IMG/VR virus record: IMGVR_UViG_3300032261_000021
Coordinates: 1-43,471 of that record
Reading direction: 5' to 3' (one strand)
DNA from: a virus
Lineage: Duplodnaviria > Caudoviricetes
Length of the DNA: 43,471 bases
Both the position numbers and the translations under genes were made by a program. This document shows, piece after piece, positions 1-5,781 of this stretch. Under the pieces are notes generated by a model. That model ran no database searches, was not told where the DNA came from, and was given only the letters and a program-made list of their open reading frames with translations. How positions within the stretch are numbered: position 1 is the stretch's first letter; each line of letters starts with the position of its first letter.

Positions 1-1253
1 ACAACCCAAGAACCTGAGTCTAAGTGCATGTTTGGACTACTCTCTTGATCATCTTCAGCTGAGATATTTAATGGGTCTTTTGCGGAAACTTCAAGGACAG
101 TCTGACCACCACTACTAGGCCAACGAGTCTTGACATTTTTAGCATACTCAATAGCTGATTCTTTGTTGAAGAAGACGCCAGCACCTGTAATACCCATACG
201 GAGAATCGGAGAAGTTCTCTCAATTACTGGAGAGGTATTATTACGTGTAAGAGGACCACCTTGATAGATCTTCTCCTCAAGCTCTTTTCCATCAGGCATA
301 ACAACGTATCGGTCAGATGATACGATAATATAACCCTTATCAATTACCTTCTCTGGAGCGATGTTGCTATTAATACCCTGTAGGATAGTAAACCAGTTCT
401 CCATACGCATATCTATTGCATTGACCTGCTCTTTTCTTTCATACTCTTTCTCTACCTTCTCCATTAAGCCGTACAGGTTGTCTGTGGAGAACTCCTGATT
501 TGTCTCAAATACAGTCTCAACACTGGCACCATACATTCCGGACAACTGATCCTTAGCCTCCTCCCATGAGGAAATGTCCAACTTGGTGATGGCGACTGCC
601 AGCTTCAACATGTCTTTCTTGGAGATCTTGAATCCACGGACCTGATACTTTGCAACTCGGAGCAATGAGATGATTGGGTACAGGGTATCTACGTTAATGC
701 ACAGTCGGCGCTGAGATAAATCCTTCAAGAAATCTTGTTGGAATTCAAATTCATCTTTTGCGAAATCGTATGCCGCCATGTTGATAGTCCAGTCGAAGCG
801 TTTAAAGATGTCTGCCGGACTTTCAAATGTGTTAAGTACGATGACCTGCAATGTGTGATCTCGCTTACCTGTATACATCACTGACTTTGAAGTTCTTCCG
901 ATATTAATACACTCCGCAGTATAGGCAGGGAAACCATCGTTTGACGGGTCGAACTCCTCTAAAGCTTCGCGGCTGTTAGGCTTTAGTGTGGTTTCAACAA
1001 TCTTAACGTGATCCTTTGATTCGAATCCCTCAACTCCGTGGCAGAACAAGATGAAATTCTGCATGTCTTCTTGAGTGCGGAAATACAGGTCGATATCGTT
1101 AGCATCTTGGTTAGAGAACAAAGATGTAAGTGTTCCTCCGGCTACAATGGCATTACACTTACGTAGACCTTTCAACATCCCATCTGAAATCATGCTGAAC
1201 AGTGCATTACGTTCACTGGAGAATCGGGAGCCTTTATAAATATCAGTTTTCAT
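1..1253 (-). CDS. Nucleotidyltransferase, Pol-beta superfamily, CCA/poly(A)-polymerase-like head; runs off the left edge
   Basis: Not in the ORF track. Manual translation gives MKTDIYKGSRF...AIVAGGTLTSLFSNQDANDIDLYF...KRFDWTINMAAYD, i.e. a GG..DxD motif plus an RDFTINA-like motif. SD GAGGA precedes the ATG at 1253. Confidence 0.8.
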   Translation of the reverse strand, partial: MKTDIYKGSRFSSERNALFSMISDGMLKGLRKCNAIVAGGTLTSLFSNQDANDIDLYFRTQEDMQNFILFCHGVEGFESKDHVKIVETTLKPNSREALEEFDPSNDGFPAYTAECINIGRTSKSVMYTGKRDHTLQVIVLNTFESPADIFKRFDWTINMAAYDFAKDEFEFQQDFLKDLSQRRLCINVDTLYPIISLLRVAKYQVRGFKISKKDMLKLAVAITKLDISSWEEAKDQLSGMYGASVETVFETNQEFSTDNLYGLMEKVEKEYERKEQVNAIDMRMENWFTILQGINSNIAPEKVIDKGYIIVSSDRYVVMPDGKELEEKIYQGGPLTRNNTSPVIERTSPILRMGITGAGVFFNKESAIEYAKNVKTRWPSSGGQTVLEVSAKDPLNISAEDDQESSPNMHLDSGSWV

Positions 1254-1285
1254 TTTATTCCTCTGTGTGTTTGGTTAGTTGTTGT

Positions 1286-1314
1286 ACTATACACGTAGGG
1301 ATCTTAGATTGCAA
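1286..1314 (-). promoter_or_regulatory. sigma70-type promoter of the NTase gene
   Basis: Minus strand TTGCAA-17nt-TATAGT. Confidence 0.7.
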
Positions 1315-1316
1315 GC

Positions 1317-1343
1317 AAAAAAAAAATCCCTCCGAAGAGGGAT
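1317..1343 (-). terminator. Intrinsic terminator
   Basis: Minus strand ATCCCTC-TTCG-GAGGGAT followed by a T run. Confidence 0.85.
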
Positions 1344-1379
1344 GAAGAGGAGAGGAGATATTATTATAAACCTCAAAGT

Positions 1380-1417
1380 AAAAACGCCAGCTACCAACAC
1401 GTAGTCGATAGCTGGCG
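1380..1417 (-). terminator. Intrinsic terminator ending the tRNA cluster
   Basis: 14-bp stem CGCCAGCTATCGAC/GTTGGTAGCTGGCG (with G-U pairs) followed by TTTTT. Confidence 0.7.
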
Positions 1418-1478
1418 CTAATATAAAAGCCCAGTGACGAAGTGGCTATATTTGCCAGATCACCCCAAGCATCATTAT

Positions 1479-1555
1479 TGGTCCGTATAAAGTGACTCGA
1501 ACACTTGACCCCTCCATCCCAAATGGAGTGCTCTGCCAGACTGAGCTATACACGG
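1479..1555 (-). tRNA. tRNA-Pro(TGG)
   Basis: Full cloverleaf; anticodon arm CTCCA-TTTGGGA-TGGAG; TTCGA T-loop; encoded CCA. Confidence 0.93.
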
Positions 1556-1560
1556 AATGT

Positions 1561-1690
1561 GCCATACTAACGCAATGGCTTCGGGGCTTTATCGTCTTCC
1601 GAGTAGCGACATCTCTCGCCGTTTTTATGAGGAGTTGCGCCGTATTGCCCGAAGACAACCTAAGGCTGATCCTACCACACGACTCTGGAT
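1561..1690 (-). ncRNA. Putative structured RNA in a tRNA spacer
   Basis: Long stem TTGTCTTC/GAAGACGA enclosing a GGCGA/TCGCT hairpin; no credible ORF. Confidence 0.4.
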
Positions 1691-1750
1691 TGGTGGGCGA
1701 GGTGGGATTTGCATGACTGCATACCCACACGACTTATCCAGTCGTTCCCA
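1691..1750 (-). ncRNA. Miniature tRNA-like element with ACCA end
   Basis: Hairpin ACGACT/AGTCGT; T-stem-like GTGGG/CCCAC with enlarged loop; 3' end CTCGCCCACCA; no anticodon arm. Confidence 0.45.
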
Positions 1751-1755
1751 TTGTT

Positions 1756-1836
1756 TGGCATGAAGGCGAGGAGTCGAACCCCTTACTACTGGTTTTGGAG
1801 GCCAGCTTGCATCCGATGCAATTAAGTTACCCGCAT
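1756..1836 (-). tRNA. Atypical tRNA-Trp(CCA), possible pseudo-tRNA
   Basis: Anticodon loop CTCCAAA, GTTCGAC T-loop, GCCA end; D arm replaced by the palindrome TTGCATCGGATGCAA; mismatches in three stems. Confidence 0.6.
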
Positions 1837-1839
1837 ATT

Positions 1840-1925
1840 TGGCGTGGAGTGCTGGATTCGAACCAGCATAGAGCTCTCGCTCACGGATTAACAGTCCGCC
1901 GTTCTACCTAATGAACCAACTCCAC
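1840..1925 (-). tRNA. tRNA-Asn(GTT) with long variable arm
   Basis: Acceptor GTGGAGT/ACTCCAC; loop CTGTTAA; variable hairpin GAGC-GAGA-GCTC; CCA. Confidence 0.92.
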
Positions 1926-1929
1926 ATAA

Positions 1930-2544
1930 TTATTTAAATTTTACCCGCATAAGGTGTTCAACATCCTTGGAGTTGCAGTTATACAGTGCCTCCAAGTATT
2001 CCGGTCTTAAATTAGGATTGTTATGGGCGTATCCTACAACATGGTCTACACAGTTGTCCCAGATCGGTTTTTCACCGCTAGGGTTTGTAAGTAGGCCAGA
2101 CTCATAGGCCCATGAATCTTCCTCTTCAATCTCCGAGATGTAGTCAGAGATTATAACCCTACCTGAAGCTTTGATTATATCAGGTATATTATTAAACTGA
2201 CCCGCTTGGTCGATGGCTATCAATGGAATGAACTCATCAACATTTAAGTCATCAACACTTAGGAACTTAATCTTAACTGTCTTACCTTTGTAAGGAGCAG
2301 TAAGGATACCAGATACCTTAGAGTAACGTGATTTTGGGAACTTATTAAGCATCCCTTCAACATGCCATTTAATTTGCGATTGAGTTCTACGCAGAAAAAC
2401 ACCCATATTCCTAGGGTTGTTTGCTGCCTCATCCAAGAGCTTAACTATCAGGGCTGTAGTTCTACCGGACCCAGCCTGTGCTGTTAATACAACAACACGC
2501 TTCTTGGAATTAATCACATCTTCTTGCATCTTGAGTAATTTCAT
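1930..2544 (-). CDS. Terminase large subunit ATPase-like protein, truncated and degenerate
   Basis: TAQAGSGRTT (Walker A-like), FLRRT, IAIDQ (Walker B-like), NNPNLRPEYLEAL; no nuclease domain; SD AAGGAG. Confidence 0.65.
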   Translation of the reverse strand: MKLLKMQEDVINSKKRVVVLTAQAGSGRTTALIVKLLDEAANNPRNMGVFLRRTQSQIKWHVEGMLNKFPKSRYSKVSGILTAPYKGKTVKIKFLSVDDLNVDEFIPLIAIDQAGQFNNIPDIIKASGRVIISDYISEIEEEDSWAYESGLLTNPSGEKPIWDNCVDHVVGYAHNNPNLRPEYLEALYNCNSKDVEHLMRVKFK

Positions 2545-2597
2545 ACATATCTCCTTCGCGGATTATTACTGCCAGCACAGCGCAAGCAGTTTAAATA

Positions 2598-2728
2598 TGG
2601 GGTCGGGGCTGGGATTGAACCAGCGACCTAAAGGCTAAATATCGAATCGTTGTCTATGACCAGCATAAGCTGTCTACCGAAGTAGAAACGATATGTCGCC
2701 CCTTTGTTCTACCACTGAACTACCCGAC
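2598..2728 (-). ncRNA. tRNA-scaffolded RNA with a 66-nt structured insert in place of the anticodon loop
   Basis: Acceptor GTCGGG/CCCGAC; D arm GTTC-AGTGGTA-GAAC; stem AAAGG/CCTTT; variable AGGTC; T arm GCTGG-TTCAATC-CCAGC; CCA. Confidence 0.8.
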
Positions 2729-2741
2729 TATAATAGATAGG

Positions 2742-2867
2742 CCAGTGACGGATAGCCTTTCTCCTCGCTAAAGGATACGTTCGGAATGCCTCAAGGGCGT
2801 CGATAGGACAGTGCCGCTCCACTGTTTACCCTATCCTACTACTCGCCAACTAAGGCTTTCGTTAATC
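2742..2867 (-). ncRNA. Putative multibranched structured RNA between tRNA genes
   Basis: Nested stems AGCCTT/AAGGCT, GATAGG/CCTATC, ACAGTG/CACTGT. Confidence 0.45.
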
Positions 2868-2943
2868 TGGTTGAGGATACAGGAGTCGAACCTGTGACCT
2901 ACGGGTTATCTGCCCGCTGCTCTGGCCTCTGAGCTAATCCTCA
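2868..2943 (-). tRNA. tRNA-Ile(GAT)
   Basis: Cloverleaf; anticodon arm GCGGG-CAGATAA-CCCGT; ACCA end; A at position 33. Confidence 0.9.
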
Positions 2944-2949
2944 TTTGTT

Positions 2950-3060
2950 TGTTGCGCCCCTTCAGTTGTGATTGTGCATCTACAGAACACAGATAATCTG
3001 TGGGAGTTCGTACACATCAGGGAACATCAGTTGGACGTCTTGCGGTTAGCTAATCCGCTT
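2950..3060 (-). ncRNA. Putative long-hairpin RNA in a tRNA spacer
   Basis: Apical CACAGA/TCTGTG stem extended by GAAC/GTTC and TGATGTG/CACAATCA; separate GCGG/CCGC hairpin. Confidence 0.35.
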
Positions 3061-3067
3061 CTTCTTC

Positions 3068-3144
3068 TGGTGGACCGTCGAGGACTTGAACCTCGGACTC
3101 CTCGATTAAAAGTCGAGTGCTCTAACCAACTGAGCTAACGATCC
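3068..3144 (-). tRNA. tRNA-Lys(TTT)
   Basis: Cloverleaf; anticodon arm CTCGA-CTTTTAA-TCGAG; ACCA. Confidence 0.95.
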
Positions 3145-3147
3145 AAT

Positions 3148-3227
3148 CGGTTACTCCATTAGGATTCGAACCTAACTTAATCCGCCATCACTACAAGGGC
3201 TTTGGGCACCTTGATACGGAAGGAGCA
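3148..3227 (-). ncRNA. tRNA-like element: acceptor plus T arm, with one long stem replacing the D and anticodon arms
   Basis: TGCTCC/GGAGTA acceptor; TTAGG-TTCGAAT-CCTAA T arm; TCCG/CGGA and CAAGG/CCTTG stem; ends ACCG. Confidence 0.55.
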
Positions 3228-3232
3228 TTGTT

Positions 3233-3316
3233 TGGTGTGGGCAGATGGATTCGAACCACCGCGCCTTTCAGAGAGTATTTACAGTCCCCCGCAATCGACC
3301 ACTCTGCCATGCCCAC
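3233..3316 (-). tRNA. tRNA-Tyr(GTA)
   Basis: Acceptor GTGGGCA/TGCCCAC; loop CTGTAAA; long variable arm; ACCA. Confidence 0.92.
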
Positions 3317-3321
3317 GTAAT

Positions 3322-3562
3322 AAAGTAACTTGCTTTTGTTCGGGGGAGTCAACTCTGACGACCTCCGCAATCCACATGCGGCGAGCTACGACACCAAGAT
3401 TCCTGTAACCGTCGCCTCTAGAAAGCTAAGATATGGGTTTCTAAGTGCTCAAAGTGAATCATTGATCTCTCAGGTCATGACTCCTGAGGTTGATCAAAGA
3501 CACACATAATAATCTGCTCTATCCACCGACAAAAGCAGCCTCGCAAGAAGCTGCGTTACTTT
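3322..3562 (-). ncRNA. Large (~240 nt) multibranched structured RNA leading the tRNA cluster
   Basis: Terminal pairings AAAGTAAC/GTTACTTT and TGCTTTTGT/ACAAAAGCA; at least five internal helices. Confidence 0.6.
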
Positions 3563-3921
3563 TAAGCCTGTTTCTTAAACTCTGCAATTTCAAGAGTGAT
3601 AGGTAGTGACCCTGCTTCAATCTGTCCTGCATGAGCTGTAGACGACGGTGAAACACCGCCGCCAGCCGCATCGTTCTCATTATCCTCTTGGATGTAAGAG
3701 TTGCGGGCTTCTTTAGCTTCACCGATAATAAACTTGGCTACCTGCTCCTGAGTCTTCTCAGATTTACTTTTCAGTAAATTCTGGAGGGTTGTGAGGGCGG
3801 GTACAACCAAATCGGCAATGCCTTTGTTAAACTTAATCATCGCAATATCCATCGCGATTGCAGCAGACTCTTCGGAAGTTGGTCTGCCTTTATTCCTTCG
3901 GACAATTGGCGCTTTAGCCAT
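3562..3921 (-). CDS. Terminase small subunit-like / helical DNA-binding protein
   Basis: Basic N-terminus with KGRPT motif, helical core, SD GGAGG; assignment is inference. Confidence 0.4.
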   Translation of the reverse strand: MAKAPIVRRNKGRPTSEESAAIAMDIAMIKFNKGIADLVVPALTTLQNLLKSKSEKTQEQVAKFIIGEAKEARNSYIQEDNENDAAGGGVSPSSTAHAGQIEAGSLPITLEIAEFKKQA

Positions 3922-3953
3922 TCCAAACCTCCGTCAAATCAAACAGTAAAGCT

Positions 3954-3982
3954 ATGTTACCAGTTATTTTGGCAATATGCAA
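3954..3982 (-). promoter_or_regulatory. Possible promoter for the TerS-like gene and tRNA array
   Basis: Minus strand TTGCAT-17nt-TAACAT. Confidence 0.4.
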
Positions 3983-3987
3983 TACTT

Positions 3988-4146
3988 TTAACTTGACTTT
4001 GGTTTAGGAACGCAATTAGTGCATAGGCGTTGTAGTTTCTCACCAATGAACTGTCTGCCGCACTTAACACACGCGCTTAAATACTCACCTACGGGCCAGT
4101 CACCTTCTTTCCTTGAGAAGTCTGTCCTACGTTTAGAATCCATCAT
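3988..4146 (-). CDS. Small zinc-ribbon protein (52 aa)
   Basis: Manual translation MMDSKRR...CVKCG...LCTNC; below the track cutoff. Confidence 0.65.
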   Translation of the reverse strand: MMDSKRRTDFSRKEGDWPVGEYLSACVKCGRQFIGEKLQRLCTNCVPKPKSS

Positions 4147-4156
4147 ACTCATCCAA

Positions 4157-4417
4157 TTAAATCTCCTTTGTTATCGTCAAACGATATCGTGATGTCCGGT
4201 CATCATCGTTTGGATAGAAATAATATAGCATTCGACCTTCTCCGAAGTCAAGTCCTAAATCCCAACTATCCATCGAGAATCCGACATTCTTAAATGCTTG
4301 GTCATTTGCTTCTTCGTAGGCGTCGTCGAAGCAATAGTGATGAGAGATATGCTCGGGGTGTAATCCATCAGGTGTTACAAAGCTGATCTCCAATTTAAAA
4401 GGTTTGACATTATCCAT
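4157..4417 (-). CDS. Hypothetical acidic protein
   Basis: ORF with SD GAGGA. Confidence 0.7.
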   Translation of the reverse strand: MDNVKPFKLEISFVTPDGLHPEHISHHYCFDDAYEEANDQAFKNVGFSMDSWDLGLDFGEGRMLYYFYPNDDDRTSRYRLTITKEI

Positions 4418-4478
4418 AGGTCCTCATGAAACAGTTAGTTATTGAATACTTCCATGTTATCGTTGAGGACCTTGATTG

Positions 4479-4826
4479 TCAATCGCGTAGCAGGGCTTTG
4501 GCTATCTCGTAAGTAACCATATAAACATCTTCATTCCTCTGGACTAACGCGAGGATAACCTGACCGACTGTTCGTATCTGTAACGAAATGCCTTGTTGCT
4601 CATAAACTAAGCTATCTATAAGGGAATTACAGGACTTTAGTTCATTGTTTATTGATTTCTTAAGATTTGGGAAATCAATCATACGTTGGTTTAGGTACGA
4701 GCGCGTTTCACGTAGATCGTTAATCTTATTGCTTAACTCGTCAAGCTCGCGATGTAGTCGGCGGAAGTATTTACCTGCGGACTCTCCAACTTGGTGTCCA
4801 TGCTCATTACTCAGTGTCTTGCTCAT
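4479..4826 (-). CDS. Hypothetical coiled-coil protein
   Basis: Heptad pattern; overlaps the upstream gene. Confidence 0.7.
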   Translation of the reverse strand: MSKTLSNEHGHQVGESAGKYFRRLHRELDELSNKINDLRETRSYLNQRMIDFPNLKKSINNELKSCNSLIDSLVYEQQGISLQIRTVGQVILALVQRNEDVYMVTYEIAKALLRD

Positions 4827-5205
4827 TATTTACCCCTTTGAATTGCTCGAAGATGTGTGGGTTGTTAACCACAATGTAATTCTTTGCCTTGGTCTTACCG
4901 TCTATGAACCGCTTTGTCCTAATCTGTTTAATGTAACCTACTTCTTCCATCCTTGCAAGGAACTCTGATACTTTACTCCTTGATCGGATACTGAACCCCA
5001 ACAACTCTGCAAGTCTCTCTTGCGATTCCCAGAACACTCTCTCAATGTCGTAGCTCTCGCCTGAAGCCACATGGCATTGAATGAAGAACGTATAACGTTG
5101 CTGCAACATCATCAATCGGCCCAAATCTGCCATCGTTATTTTCTTTTCTGTCATCCACGCTGTAGGTACTACACTGAAAGGTGTGAGCGATCTGCTTGTT
5201 GCCAC
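4807..5205 (-). CDS. Winged-HTH protein, replication-initiator-like
   Basis: SQERLAELLGFS..RSKVSEFLARMEEVGYIK pattern; SD AAGGAGGT before GTG. Confidence 0.6.
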   Translation of the reverse strand: MATSRSLTPFSVVPTAWMTEKKITMADLGRLMMLQQRYTFFIQCHVASGESYDIERVFWESQERLAELLGFSIRSRSKVSEFLARMEEVGYIKQIRTKRFIDGKTKAKNYIVVNNPHIFEQFKGVNNEQDTE

Positions 5206-5269
5206 TTTGCACCTCCTTTATCATCTCTCCATAAAGCTTATACCAATACCTGTTACTTGTCAAAGCGTG

Positions 5270-5500
5270 TGTCCCCAAAAAGGGACAGTATATTAAAACT
5301 ATACTCCATGACTCACTCCGTTCGTCATATATCTACAATTTATTCATTACATTCATAAATTATTTAAAAACAAAAGAAAGATCTTAAGATCTAGATCTTT
5401 ATTATATTGAAAATCTTTTAAATTACAACCCTTGACTTGAAATAATTTTAGTGTATGATTCATCTCATCAAACGAAATTAGTTTTATTAAAGGATAAATT
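5270..5500. other. AT-rich divergent control region, candidate replication origin
   Basis: TGTCCC/GGGACA inverted repeat, three AGATCT palindromes, very high AT, coding-strand switch point. Confidence 0.45.
5432..5459 (+). promoter_or_regulatory. sigma70 promoter
   Basis: TTGACT...TGTATGAT followed by TCATCTCATCAAAC, the same downstream sequence as the 11619 promoter. Confidence 0.7.
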
Positions 5501-5502
5501 AA

Positions 5503-5781
5503 ATGAATATTATTAAAAAACGTATTGGATACAGTGACTTTGAGTTGAACCGAGTTAACACGATGCGTCATGTGTGGCACACAGCGAAGGCTGATAAGAA
5601 GGTCTGTCTGGTGTCACCACGTGAAGTGACATGGGAAGAATTGTTTGGTAACTTCTACGATGTTATGTATCGCTATGTGGAATCAGGTATGGTATACTTA
5701 AGAATCTTGAATGATGATGTGGATCAGGTTGTGGTATCCGATCTGGAGAATGAACTGGTAGAAGTCTGCGAGGCAATATAA
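5503..5781 (+). CDS. Hypothetical protein
   Basis: ORF with SD AAGGA, downstream of a promoter. Confidence 0.7.
   Translation: MNIIKKRIGYSDFELNRVNTMRHVWHTAKADKKVCLVSPREVTWEELFGNFYDVMYRYVESGMVYLRILNDDVDQVVVSDLENELVEVCEAI

Noticed and set aside
1446-1763. Track ORFs at 1446, 1492 and 1557
   Set aside because: They overlap tRNA-Pro and structured RNA and have no SD; spurious
1840-1925. Long variable arm in tRNA-Asn as a novelty
   Set aside because: From recall, similar long-arm Asn tRNAs occur in T5-like phages, so not claimed as new
2635-2700. Group I or BHB intron in the tRNA
   Set aside because: Too short for a group I core; no bulge-helix-bulge or restorable 7-nt anticodon loop found
2755-2775. 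TCCTCGC resembling an HDV/theta ribozyme L3 loop
   Set aside because: It is on the strand opposite the tRNAs and no double pseudoknot could be built
3010-3030. CTGATG hammerhead-like core on the minus strand
   Set aside because: Reads CTGATGT, not CTGATGA, and lacks a correctly placed GAAA
3202-3408. 68-aa plus-strand ORF
   Set aside because: Antisense to tRNA-Tyr
3322-3562. tmRNA or RNase P RNA
   Set aside because: No tRNA-like ends or tag ORF, and no conserved RNase P P4 sequences
5353-5580. 75-aa minus-strand ORF
   Set aside because: AT-rich promoter/origin DNA overlapping a better plus-strand gene
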